64,000 bases of DNA from an uncultured Gammaproteobacteria bacterium (GCA_964648865.1 CAZYLV010000004.1:2740-66739); one strand, 5' to 3'. Positions 39,451-52,315 are shown, counted from the stretch's first letter. Numbers and translations are program-made. The notes: generated by a model from the letters alone, not told the origin.

Positions 39451-40053
39451 CTACGGGCCATCCGCGTCGAGGAGGTTGTCCACCTCGCGCAGCAGGTCCT
39501 CCGGCGCCATCGTCCCGTCGAGATCGATGACGCCCGGCAGGAAGCGCGTGGGCAGCACGTGCACGCGGTGCTGACGGTCGCTCGTCGGCGCGTAGGCCCG
39601 CACCTCCGCCTCGGTCTTCCGTCGTCCCTCGCGGATGTCTCGAGGGATGCGACGCGCGAGCCGCTCCTCGTCCGTGAGGTGGATGTAGAACTTCCGCGCG
39701 GAGAGCGGAGCCTCCACGTGCAGCGCCAGCGCCCCCTCGAGGACGACCATCGGGGCCGGGGCGATGACCTCGATGCCGCTCGGCTCCGACGTGCGCATGT
39801 CGTAGACCGGCACCTCGGCGGACGCGCCGGCCGCGAGCGTCCGGAGAGCCACGGCGCAGCACTCGAGGTCGATGGCCCGCGGGTCGATCCACTCGTAGGG
39901 CTCACCGCGCGCCTCCGCCGCCTGCTTGTGGCGCAGTCCGCGGTACCAGCGGTCCAAGGTGACGACCGTCGCACCGAACCGCTTGGCCATGAGGGCCGCG
40001 AGCGTCGTCTTGCCGCAGCCGGCGCCGCCGGCCAGGATGACGATGTCTGTCAC
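39451..40053 (-). CDS. udk: Uridine kinase family P-loop kinase (array gene)
   Basis: GGAGCGKTT, PVYDMRT, VVLEG and RLARRIPRD motifs; GTG start after GAAGGAG. Confidence 0.75.
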   Translation of the reverse strand: MTDIVILAGGAGCGKTTLAALMAKRFGATVVTLDRWYRGLRHKQAAEARGEPYEWIDPRAIDLECCAVALRTLAAGASAEVPVYDMRTSEPSGIEVIAPAPMVVLEGALALHVEAPLSARKFYIHLTDEERLARRIPRDIREGRRKTEAEVRAYAPTSDRQHRVHVLPTRFLPGVIDLDGTMAPEDLLREVDNLLDADGP

Positions 40054-40175
40054 TGTGCTCTCCTTCCTGGGAATACGTCGATGACTTGAGGACGTTTCCC
40101 TTGTGGGGAACCGCACTCGAGAAATCGGGGGAGGACGCCGGTCGAGCTGGGCTCGACAGACGCCTCCCCGCCTCC
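40054..40175 (-). repeat. Intergenic two-hairpin element R7 (type B)
   Basis: GGGGAGGCGTCTGTCGAGCCCAGCTCGACCGGCGTCCTCCCCCGATTTCTCGAG...CCTCAAGTCATCG...AAGGAG. Confidence 0.85.
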
Positions 40176-40382
40176 TCACTTGCCCTTGATGGCCTTGCCC
40201 AGCGCTGCGATGGCGCGACCGAGCAGGATGAAGGGCCAGCCGAAGATCCACCGCACGATGCGCATGTAGAAGCGCATCACCGCGGTGCTCCAGGCGTCTC
40301 CGCCCAGGATGTTGGCCACCCCGGCGGACATGACCACGGTCAAGAGCAGGATACCGAGCACCGGTCCGACCAGCTGTTCCAT
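40176..40382 (-). CDS. Small membrane protein (first array gene)
   Basis: MEQLVGPVLGILLLTVV...; GGGAGGA SD. Confidence 0.55.
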   Translation of the reverse strand: MEQLVGPVLGILLLTVVMSAGVANILGGDAWSTAVMRFYMRIVRWIFGWPFILLGRAIAALGKAIKGK

Positions 40383-40553
40383 CACGTCCTCCCGTCGCCC
40401 TCCGGAAGAGAGCGGCGGCAGGAAGCGACAACGCGGCCGGCCGGTCACCTGTGCGGGCCATGGGAAAGCACGGGTGACGCGGCGCGACCGCGCGGTTCGG
40501 GCCAGACTGGGCCTGCAGCTCTCCCCAGAGACGCGGTTCCCAAAGAACGGCCC

Positions 40554-40582
40554 AAGATAACGGAAAAGCCGGGTCGTGTCAA
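40554..40582 (-). promoter_or_regulatory. Sigma70-type promoter heading the accessory array
   Basis: TTGACA-N17-TATCTT. Confidence 0.65.
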
Positions 40583-40593
40583 CCCGGCTTCCC

Positions 40594-42402
<1,809 letters not shown>

Positions 42403-42480
42403 AAGCGGAGCGCGGGGAGCATACGCGCTCCCGCCGGGAAAATCAAGAGCGGCCCCGTTGGGGGTCGCTCTTGTGCTTGG

Positions 42481-42981
42481 TTAGCGGGGGTAGACCTCGA
42501 GGGTCACGTACTTGATGCCCCAGCGCTTGGCCTCCTCGCGCGTCTCCATCCAGATGTCGGCGCGATACCGGTACCGGGCGTTCATGCGGTCCTCGACGAT
42601 GAAGATCTTGTCGCCGTAGATCTCGGGGATCTTCACGCGAGTGCCGATGGGCAGGAAGTTGGCCGCCAGCACGCCGTCGCGGACATGGGTGCCCGACGCG
42701 GTGATGAACGGCGTGTCATCGGTCTGGTCCGGGGTGGACGAGTAGGCCGTGACCGGCACGTTCTTGTAGACCTTCTTCCCGGGCGCGTCGGCCGCGGGGG
42801 CGAAGGTGTCCTGGTCCGGCTGCGCCTGAGGAAGCTCGGCGGCGAAGGCCGTCTTCACCAGGATGTCCCCGGCGGCCGTCGCCTCGGCCTTGGCGGCCGT
42901 CGCGGAGACGTCCGTCATGAGCCCGGCCAGCACGAGACAAGCCACGAGCTGCAGGCTGATTTTGCGGGAAGTCTGGATCAT
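42481..42981 (-). CDS. Secreted 3D-domain (MltA-like) protein
   Basis: TAYSSTPDQTDDTPFITASG...AANFLPIGT...VEDRM...DIWM. Confidence 0.85.
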   Translation of the reverse strand: MIQTSRKISLQLVACLVLAGLMTDVSATAAKAEATAAGDILVKTAFAAELPQAQPDQDTFAPAADAPGKKVYKNVPVTAYSSTPDQTDDTPFITASGTHVRDGVLAANFLPIGTRVKIPEIYGDKIFIVEDRMNARYRYRADIWMETREEAKRWGIKYVTLEVYPR

Positions 42982-43015
42982 AGGGTCGGTTGCCGCTTCT
43001 GGCAGCAAACGCGAG

Positions 43016-43044
43016 ACCCTATCACAAACCGCGGGTTTTGTCAA
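43016..43044 (-). promoter_or_regulatory. Sigma70-type promoter
   Basis: TTGACA-N17-TAGGGT with extended TG. Confidence 0.55.
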
Positions 43045-43228
43045 CCCTGCGACCCCGCCGGGGAGATCGAATTCCTGGTAGCCGAAGACGATGCGGGCCA
43101 TAGAAAAACGGGGCCTGCTGCCCCGCGAAATCAAGCCGTTTCGCGACTCGTGGACACCTGGAATCTGCGGGCAAGAGCATACCCCGCCCCGGCGGACCTG
43201 TCGAGCCTGGTATCCACAGGCGAATTCG

Positions 43229-43780
43229 CTAAGGACGTTCTTGGTCGGTTTCCCATTCGCGTGGATTGTTTGCGATGTATGCGCGGATGGCATGGAGGTG
43301 GCGTTCGGACCGGATGATGCGTTCGTGGTAATTGCGTTGCCATATCGGTAAACCAAACGTGTCGCCGATCCTACTGATTCTGTGGGTCGTTATGGCCTTG
43401 AACGTACGTACCAATTCGCCCAGGTCCGGGGCGTCATAAATGTCGCCCCTACGACCGATGAAACGCCGTTGTCCGTAGGGGCGTGATTCATCACGCCCAG
43501 GTCCAGCCGGATCGGGAATCCACATGACGACACCATGGACATGATTGGGCATGACAACCCATGAATCGGGGATGGTCGGAAACCGATCCGACAGACGGCG
43601 CCACGTTTCATCCACGATCCGCCCGGCATCATTCAATCGCATTTCCCCGTCAACGACGTCGCCAAACAGGCATTCCCGGTGTTTGACCACGACCGTCACG
43701 AAATACGCGCCGGGAGAAGCGTAATCGAAACCGGGCAGGCGGATGGAGCGTCGCCGGTGGGTGTCCGGGTTGAAGGGCAT
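43229..43780 (-). mobile_element. REP-associated tyrosine transposase (RAYT, Y1 HUH)
   Basis: RRSIRLPGFDY..GAYFVT, VVMPNHVHG, WQRNYHERIIR and YIANNP motifs; lower GC than flanks. Confidence 0.9.
43428..43498. repeat. Inverted pair of GTAG-type REPs inside the RAYT gene
   Basis: GTAGGGGCGACATTTATGACGCCCC (minus, 43428-43452) and GTAGGGGCGTGATTCATCACGCCC (plus, 43475-43498). Confidence 0.8.
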
Positions 43781-43835
43781 GCTTCTAGCCTACGCCCAGC
43801 AGCGATGCGCCGAAATGTCAAGGTGCCCACGCTTA

Positions 43836-43864
43836 TTGACCTTCAAAGAAGGAACGGCTATAGT
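43836..43864 (+). promoter_or_regulatory. Sigma70-type promoter of tRNA-Lys
   Basis: TTGACC-N17-TATAGT. Confidence 0.7.
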
Positions 43865-43885
43865 TCTCGCCGTATTCCGAAAAAC

Positions 43886-43961
43886 GCAGCGGTCGCTCAG
43901 CTGGTCGAGCCGGGGCCTCTTAAGCCCAGGGCCCTGGGTGCGATCCCCAGCCGCGGCACCA
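43886..43961 (+). tRNA. tRNA-Lys(CTT), atypical
   Basis: Cloverleaf with GCTC/GAGC D-stem, loop CTCTTAA and terminal ACCA; T-loop is TGCGATC; stem mismatches present. Confidence 0.75.
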
Positions 43962-43964
43962 ACC

Positions 43965-43990
43965 GGCGCCCCCGTCAGTGGGCGCCTTTT
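43965..43990 (+). terminator. Intrinsic terminator
   Basis: GGCGCCC...GGGCGCCTTTT after the tRNA. Confidence 0.6.
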
Positions 43991-44000
43991 CGATTCCCTT

Positions 44001-44426
44001 CTACTTCCGCAGCCTCTTCAGGAGCATCGCGTCGAGCGACCAGGCGCCCGGGCCGTGCAGGAAGACGAGCAGGGAGGCCGCGGCGAGCAGCAGCTCGAAC
44101 TCGTAGCCCATATAGCTGGAGAGCCCCTTGGCCGCCAGGATGGCCACGGCCATGTTGATGACGAACGCCGCGCCCCAGACGCGGGACAGCAGCCCGATGA
44201 CGAGGAGCGCACCGCCGACCGTCTCGACCACGCCGACGAACGGCGCGAAGAAGGCGGGCGCGGGGATGCCGATCTTCTCGAAGAAGCCGACGGTCATCGC
44301 CGTGTTCTGGAGTTTGGGCAGGCCGTGCACGAGGAAGGTGACGCCGACGGTGGCGCGCAGGGCGAGGAGCCCGAGCGCCGCGGTCCATGGTCGCCTGAGC
44401 TGCGGGGGATCGATGAGCGTCTTCAT
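44001..44426 (-). CDS. DoxX family membrane protein
   Basis: LRATVGVTFLVHGLPKL...E..GG..L..GL...GYEFELLL...GPGAWSLD. Confidence 0.9.
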   Translation of the reverse strand: MKTLIDPPQLRRPWTAALGLLALRATVGVTFLVHGLPKLQNTAMTVGFFEKIGIPAPAFFAPFVGVVETVGGALLVIGLLSRVWGAAFVINMAVAILAAKGLSSYMGYEFELLLAAASLLVFLHGPGAWSLDAMLLKRLRK

Positions 44427-44519
44427 AAGTGATGGTGTTTCGTCCAGTGTAGCGGTTTTCCGGGAACGAAAAAAGCGGCGACTCTCCCCGGTCGCCGCCT
44501 GCCTGCCTGTCGCGGGCGC

Positions 44520-45713
44520 TCAGCGGATGGCGAGCTCCGCGCCCACGAAGGGGTCGAACGTCAACGGCGAGATGATGACGCGCCGCCGCTTGTCCTTGAA
44601 CGGCTTGTCGACGTGGCCGTGTCCGACCACCTCGATGCCGTGGCTCGTCGCGAGCCTGCGGACACGCTTGACGTCCTTCTCCGGGAGGATGAGCGCATAG
44701 CCCGCCCCCATGTTGTAGTTCGCGTACATGTCCCGCTCGGGGACCTTGCCGTGCCGCTGGATGAAGCGGAACACCGGCTGCGGCGTGGGGATCCCGTCGA
44801 CCACGTAGGTGAAGGGTTTCCGCAGACGCATCAGCTTGCGCCAGCCGTGGCCCGTGACGTTGATCCCGTAGTGGATGTCCACGCCGGCCTCGAGCAGGTC
44901 CTGGACCAGGTCCGTGTAGATCACGGTCGGCGCCAGCAGCGCCTCGCCGAAGCATGAGCCGTCGTCGAGCCGGGCCAGGTAGCCGTCGCGCGTCTTCTCG
45001 GCGATCTCGCGCGCCAGCGTCAGCCCGTTGGCATGGATGCCCGAGGATGACAGCAGTACGATGGCGTCGCCCGCCGCGACGTCGCAGCGGATGACGCGCT
45101 TCTTGTCCGCGATGCCGTAGGCGGCGCCGGAGAGCTCCACCGTGTCGGGCGCGATGATGCCTTTGAGGATGGGCGTCTCGCCGCAACCCCAGGCGGCCCG
45201 GGCCAATGTGCAGCCCTTGGCCACGCCCCGGGCGTACTCGATGCAGCGTTCCTCGTCCGCGAACCATCCGCCGCTGCCGGCCGCCAGGTGCATGCCGACG
45301 ACGAGCGGGGCGACGCCCAGGGTAGCCATGTCGTTGACGATCATGGCGACGACGTCCTGTCCGATGGCGCGCCAGTGCGCCGCGGTCCGCAGGCCGGATC
45401 GCCCGAGCGCGGACGCGACGGCAGCCTTGTCGGCCAGGGCCAACGCGCGGCCCAGTCCGTCGACGACCAGGTTCTTGGTGCCCAGGCCCTCGACGACGAA
45501 GCCGAGGTAGTGGCCGTGCCCCTTGACGAGGTGCACGCTCTCCCCGCGGCTCCAGGCCACGTCCTCGTAGCCGAAGCGTCCCAGGTTCTTGGCGTGCGCC
45601 AGCGTGCCCAAGGCCTCCTTCATGAAGAGCACCTTGGCGGGATCGACGTCGTCGTAATCGACCCCCGCCTGTGCGTACGCGTCCTTCTTCTGCGGTTCCG
45701 AATCTCCTGCCAT
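44520..45713 (-). CDS. purM: Phosphoribosylformylglycinamidine cyclo-ligase (AIR synthase)
   Basis: YAQAGVD, EGLGTK, VAMIVND, GET, SSGIHANG, NVTGHG and NMGAGY motifs. Confidence 0.85.
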   Translation of the reverse strand: MAGDSEPQKKDAYAQAGVDYDDVDPAKVLFMKEALGTLAHAKNLGRFGYEDVAWSRGESVHLVKGHGHYLGFVVEGLGTKNLVVDGLGRALALADKAAVASALGRSGLRTAAHWRAIGQDVVAMIVNDMATLGVAPLVVGMHLAAGSGGWFADEERCIEYARGVAKGCTLARAAWGCGETPILKGIIAPDTVELSGAAYGIADKKRVIRCDVAAGDAIVLLSSSGIHANGLTLAREIAEKTRDGYLARLDDGSCFGEALLAPTVIYTDLVQDLLEAGVDIHYGINVTGHGWRKLMRLRKPFTYVVDGIPTPQPVFRFIQRHGKVPERDMYANYNMGAGYALILPEKDVKRVRRLATSHGIEVVGHGHVDKPFKDKRRRVIISPLTFDPFVGAELAIR

Positions 45714-45771
45714 GCGCTCCTCCGCGCGCAACCTTGCCAGAGCTCGAGAAAACGCACAATATGGAGCGCAT

Positions 45772-45846
45772 GCGCCCCTAGCTCAACGGATAGAGCTCCG
45801 GTCTTCGGAACCGGCGATGGGGGTTCGATTCCCTCGGGGCGCACCA
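45772..45846 (+). tRNA. tRNA-Arg(TCG)
   Basis: GCGCCCC/GGGGCGC acceptor; CCGGT-CTTCGGA-ACCGG anticodon arm; GGTTCGATTCC; CCA. Confidence 0.93.
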
Positions 45847-45867
45847 GCGCTCCGCAACATCTTCCCT

Positions 45868-46518
45868 ATGCCCCCAAAGAAGACCGCCAAGCTCGAGAAG
45901 GCCCTGGCCTGCAAGGTCGTCCGCCATCCGCATGAGTTCCTGCGCGAGCTCCTCAACCTGCGCAACGAGCATCCCGAGCGCGAGCCCGAGATCGACCGCA
46001 AGATCCGCGAGACCTTCGAGTGCGAGCGCGCCCCGTTCATCCTGGACATGTCCGGCTTCTCGCGGACCGTCATCAAGCACGGCATCATCCACTACCTGGC
46101 GATGATCCGCCGCATGGTCAACGTGGCCATGCCCGCCATCACGGACAACAAAGGCGAGCTGGTGAAGCAGGAAGCCGACAACATCTTCGCCGTCTTCGCG
46201 GACCCGACGGACGCCGTGCACGCCGCCCAGGACGTCATCCGCGGGCTGGACGCGCTCAACACCGTGTTGCCGGACGAGAAGGACATCTACGTCTCCATCG
46301 GCATCGGGTACGGCGACATCCTGCTCGTCCCCGGCGAGGACTACTTCGGCAACGAGCTCAACCAGGCCTCCAAGCTCGGCGAGGACATCGCCGAGAAGGG
46401 CGAAGTGCTGCTCACCGAAGCTGCGCACGCCAAGATCACGGATCCCGACCTGAAATTCGAGAAGGTCGGCGCCTCCATCTCCGGCGTCAACCTCAAGTAC
46501 TACCGGCTCAAGAAGTGA
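45868..46518 (+). CDS. Stand-alone class III adenylate/guanylate cyclase domain protein
   Basis: LDMSGFS, KQEADN, SIGIGYG and DYFGNELNQASKLGED motifs. Confidence 0.85.
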   Translation: MPPKKTAKLEKALACKVVRHPHEFLRELLNLRNEHPEREPEIDRKIRETFECERAPFILDMSGFSRTVIKHGIIHYLAMIRRMVNVAMPAITDNKGELVKQEADNIFAVFADPTDAVHAAQDVIRGLDALNTVLPDEKDIYVSIGIGYGDILLVPGEDYFGNELNQASKLGEDIAEKGEVLLTEAAHAKITDPDLKFEKVGASISGVNLKYYRLKK

Positions 46519-46520
46519 AC

Positions 46521-46552
46521 AAAAAACGCCCCCACTCAGCAGGGGCGTTTTT
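46521..46552. terminator. Bidirectional terminator
   Basis: AAAAAACGCCCC...GGGGCGTTTTT between convergent genes. Confidence 0.7.
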
Positions 46553-46555
46553 GGT

Positions 46556-47620
46556 TCAGCCGTTGGTGCGCTCCTTTGGCCGGACGACGAGCGTCTCGGC
46601 GGCATCCTGCGTGATGAGCCCTTGGGCCACCAGCCGCTTGAGGTCCTGCGCCAGGGTGGACATGCCGTACTTGGCGTTGGTCTGGATGGTCGTGTCGATC
46701 TGGGCGGATTTGCCCTCCCGGATGAGGTTGGCGATGGCCGGGACGCTGAGCATCACCTCGCGCGCCGCGATGCGCCCGCCGCCGCGCTTGGGCAACAGCT
46801 GCTGGGTGACCACGGCCCGCAGCACCGAGGCCAGCTGCACGCGGATCTGGTCCTGCTGATAGGGCGGGAAGACGTCGATGACGCGCTCGATGGTCGTGGC
46901 CGCGCTGTAGGTGTGCAGCGTCGCGAAGACGAGGTGCCCGGTCTCGGCGAGGGTCAGCGTGGTGGCGATGGTCTCGAGGTCGCGCATCTCGCCGACCATG
47001 ATGACGTCCGGGTCCTGACGCAGCAGGTGCTTGAGCCCCTCGGCGAAGCTGCGCATGTCGTCGCCCAACTGGCGCTGGCGGATGAGGGACTTCCCGGGAG
47101 GGAACAGGAACTCGATGGGATCCTCGAGGGTGATGATGTTGGCCGCGGTGCGGTCGTTGATGAGGTTGATGAGCGTGGCCAGCGTCGTCGATTTTCCGGA
47201 GCCGGTAGGTCCGGTGACGAGGATCAGCCCATGCGGGAGCTTGGTCAGGTCGGCCACGGCCTGCGGCAGGGAGAGCTCGGCGACGCTCGGGATCTTGACC
47301 GGCACGAGGCGCGCGGCCAGGCCGTATGCCCCTTTCTCCTTGTGGACGTTGACGCGGAAGCGCGCGCCCGCCGTGGTGTAGGCGGTGTCGAGCTCGAGGT
47401 CGGCCTCGAAGCGCGCCAACTGCTCTTTGGTGAGCATGGCCTCCACCAGCTGGCGGATGGCGACGGCGGACAGCGGCTTGGCGCCCTTGGCCGGAGCGAG
47501 CACGCCGTCGACGCGCAGCGTGGGCGGCTGGTCCGCGACGAGGTGCAGGTCGGAGGCCTTGGCGGCGACGGCCGTGGCGAACAGCGCGTCGGCGGCGGCC
47601 TTGGCGCGGGGGGCGGGCAT
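46556..47620 (-). CDS. pilT: Type IV pilus retraction ATPase
   Basis: ASDLHL, GPTGSGKSTT, EDPIEF, RQDPDVIMVGEMRD, TGHLVFATLHT and ANLIREGK motifs. Confidence 0.93.
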   Translation of the reverse strand: MPAPRAKAAADALFATAVAAKASDLHLVADQPPTLRVDGVLAPAKGAKPLSAVAIRQLVEAMLTKEQLARFEADLELDTAYTTAGARFRVNVHKEKGAYGLAARLVPVKIPSVAELSLPQAVADLTKLPHGLILVTGPTGSGKSTTLATLINLINDRTAANIITLEDPIEFLFPPGKSLIRQRQLGDDMRSFAEGLKHLLRQDPDVIMVGEMRDLETIATTLTLAETGHLVFATLHTYSAATTIERVIDVFPPYQQDQIRVQLASVLRAVVTQQLLPKRGGGRIAAREVMLSVPAIANLIREGKSAQIDTTIQTNAKYGMSTLAQDLKRLVAQGLITQDAAETLVVRPKERTNG

Positions 47621-47632
47621 AGCTCGCCTATT

Positions 47633-48322
47633 CTACCATCCTTTGACGGCGATGGCCTGCTCGGCCGCGGCCACTTGGGCCTCCTGCTTGCTCGTGCCCT
47701 CGCCTTTGGCGACGAGCTGGTCGCCGAGGAACACGCCTACCACGAAGCGCTTGGCGTGGTCCGGGCCGGTCTCCTCGAGCACGCGATAGCTCGGCGTCAC
47801 GCCGAGACGCTCCTGGGCCGCCTCCTGGAAGCGGCTCTTGGGATCGACATACAGCTGATGTTCCAGGATGTAGGGCAGGCGCGAGAGCAGCGTCCGACCG
47901 ATGAAGTCGCGGCAGGACTCCATCCCCTGGTCGAGATACAGCGCGCCGACGACGGCCTCGTAGGCGTTGGCCAGGATCTGCAGGCGCGCCTTGGAGCCGG
48001 TGTCCTTGGCTTCGCCGCGGGAGAGGTACAGATGCCGTTCGACGTCGAGCGCGCGGGTCACCTCCCCGAGCATCGTGGCGTTGACCAGCGCGGAGCGCCA
48101 GGTCGTGAGTTCGCCTTCGGGGTTGGGATAGTTCCGGTAGAGGTGTTCGGTGACGACGAGCTCGAGCACCGCATCGCCCAGGAACTCCAGCCGCTCGTTG
48201 TGGTCGAGCGGGAAGTCGGGGTGCTCGTTGAGGTAGGAACGGTGGACGAGGGCCTGACGGAGCAGCTCCGCGTCGCGGAAGGTCGCGCCGAGGGACTGCT
48301 GGAGGACGTCGAGATCGGTCAT
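47633..48322 (-). CDS. rnc: Ribonuclease III
   Basis: [13 protein letters not shown] signature and dsRBD. Confidence 0.97.
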   Translation of the reverse strand: MTDLDVLQQSLGATFRDAELLRQALVHRSYLNEHPDFPLDHNERLEFLGDAVLELVVTEHLYRNYPNPEGELTTWRSALVNATMLGEVTRALDVERHLYLSRGEAKDTGSKARLQILANAYEAVVGALYLDQGMESCRDFIGRTLLSRLPYILEHQLYVDPKSRFQEAAQERLGVTPSYRVLEETGPDHAKRFVVGVFLGDQLVAKGEGTSKQEAQVAAAEQAIAVKGW

Positions 48323-48813
48323 GCGGCAGGTGGTTTGGGCTTCTCTTCCTTCTTGTCGTTCTTGGGCGGCTCGAGGTCGACCTTCTTGAGCTCGCCGGCC
48401 TCGACACGGTCACGGTAGATGGCGCCGAGCACGCCGTTGACGAAGCGCCCGGACGACTCCCCGCCGAAGGTCTTGGCCAGCTCGATGGCCTCGTTGATGG
48501 CCACCTTGGAGGGTACCGTCTCCGACCAGATGAGCTCGGAGATGCCGAGGCGCAGGATGTTCTTGTCGACGAGCGTGATGGCCTCGAGCGGCCACTCCGG
48601 GGCGTACTTCACGATGGTCGCGTCGATGTCCTGTTGGTGAGCGAGCACGCCGTCGAGCAGCTCCTGGATGAAGCCGTGGTCGTCGAACTCCGGCGCGAAC
48701 TCACGGAGCTGGTACGTCAAGGTCCCGGGGACGCTGCCGGGCTTCTGCCCGTTGAAGTCCCATTGGTAGAGGACCTGCATGGCGATCGTCCGCGCGAGAT
48801 GCCGGTTGCTCAT
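48319..48813 (-). CDS. nusB: Transcription antitermination factor NusB
   Basis: [25 protein letters not shown] and FVNGVLG motifs. Confidence 0.95.
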   Translation of the reverse strand: MSNRHLARTIAMQVLYQWDFNGQKPGSVPGTLTYQLREFAPEFDDHGFIQELLDGVLAHQQDIDATIVKYAPEWPLEAITLVDKNILRLGISELIWSETVPSKVAINEAIELAKTFGGESSGRFVNGVLGAIYRDRVEAGELKKVDLEPPKNDKKEEKPKPPAA

Positions 48814-48863
48814 ATCGTCGTGCCTCCTAAGGAGCGAAAGGGCGAAAGAACGAAAGACGAGGA

Positions 48864-49169
48864 TCACTCGTCTTTCTTGGCGTCCTCCTCGTGCGCGTGG
48901 TCGTGGCTGGCGTGGTCGTGTGCGGCCCCGCTCAGCGTGGGTGCCGCGGCCTTGGCCTTCTCGGCCCGCTTGAGGGCCTTGCCCGCGGCCGCCTTGGCGG
49001 CAGGCAGCACCTGGCGCCCGGCGTAGTGGCCGCAGAATCGGCAGGCCATATGCGGGAGCACCGGCTTCTTGCAGCGCGGGCAGGTGCCGATCTGCATGCG
49101 CTTCAACGCGAAATGCGAGGCGCGGCGGCGCTTGTGGCTCGAGGTGCGGCGATGTCCAGGCAAACCCAT
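48864..49169 (-). CDS. rpmF: 50S ribosomal protein L32 with C-terminal extension
   Basis: RRRASH...CPRC...[11 protein letters not shown]. Confidence 0.9.
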   Translation of the reverse strand: MGLPGHRRTSSHKRRRASHFALKRMQIGTCPRCKKPVLPHMACRFCGHYAGRQVLPAAKAAAGKALKRAEKAKAAAPTLSGAAHDHASHDHAHEEDAKKDE

Positions 49170-49282
49170 AGCGGGAGGTTCAGTTCGTCGGCACTATAGC
49201 GCCCGCGCCGGAACTTGGCAAGACCCCCGGGTCGACCGGATGCCGAAGCGCCGCCCCCGAGGGAGCGGCGCTTTTTTCCTTC

Positions 49283-51766
<2,484 letters not shown>

Positions 51767-51772
51767 ACGGGA

Positions 51773-52315
51773 TCAGCGGGGGTTCGGGACGGTGGACGTC
51801 GCGGCGAGACGTTCGCTCATGGCATCGATCGCGCCCTGCAGCGAGGCGGCCGCGGCGGCGTTGGTCGCGGCGGTGCTCGTGGGGGCGAGCGCGCCGAGCC
51901 GGGCGCTGATGCGGCCGAACTGCTCGGCGACGCGCGCCCGCACCTCGCTCACGCTCTCCCCGGCAGGGGTGCCGGGACCGGCGAGCACGGCCGCGCGCAG
52001 CGCGACGAGCCAACCGATGGCCAACGCCACGGTGAAGATGCCGGCGCCGATGAAGACGCCGCGCCGGCGGCGGTCGTGGCTGGCGGCGTCGAGCGCATAG
52101 CCCTCGTGCCGCGGCAGCCCGCGGTAGACGGCGCGCTCGAAGGCCTCGACCTCGGGGCGGAAGCGCGGATCCTCCTCCGGCACGCTGCCGACGGGGCCGG
52201 GCATCTGTTCCTCAAAACCAAGCGGCTCCTGCTCGTGGACGGCGCGCTCCTCGCCCGTGGCACGCTCCCGGACGTACTCGCGCAGGTCCTGGTCGCTGCG
52301 GCGCTCGGTGGGCAT
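51773..52315 (-). CDS. Hypothetical single-TM protein
   Basis: 180 aa, co-oriented and tightly packed, one TM. Confidence 0.65.
   Translation of the reverse strand: MPTERRSDQDLREYVRERATGEERAVHEQEPLGFEEQMPGPVGSVPEEDPRFRPEVEAFERAVYRGLPRHEGYALDAASHDRRRRGVFIGAGIFTVALAIGWLVALRAAVLAGPGTPAGESVSEVRARVAEQFGRISARLGALAPTSTAATNAAAAASLQGAIDAMSERLAATSTVPNPR

Noticed and set aside
35240-40175. Intergenic repeats as CRISPR or integron attC sites
   Set aside because: The spacers are whole genes, the repeats are long and divergent, no RYYYAAC/GTTRRRY ends are evident, and there is no cas or intI gene in the window.
33751-40582. Prophage interpretation of the orphan array
   Set aside because: No integrase, terminase, capsid or replication genes, and no att duplication seen.
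42982-43356. Extended N-terminus of the 3D-domain protein
   Set aside because: It overlaps the RAYT gene and a promoter; the signal-like N-terminus begins at 42981.
49246-49277. Hairpin with T-tract between gyrA and rpmF
   Set aside because: The T-run is on the + strand while both genes are on the minus strand, so its role is unclear and it was not called as a terminator.
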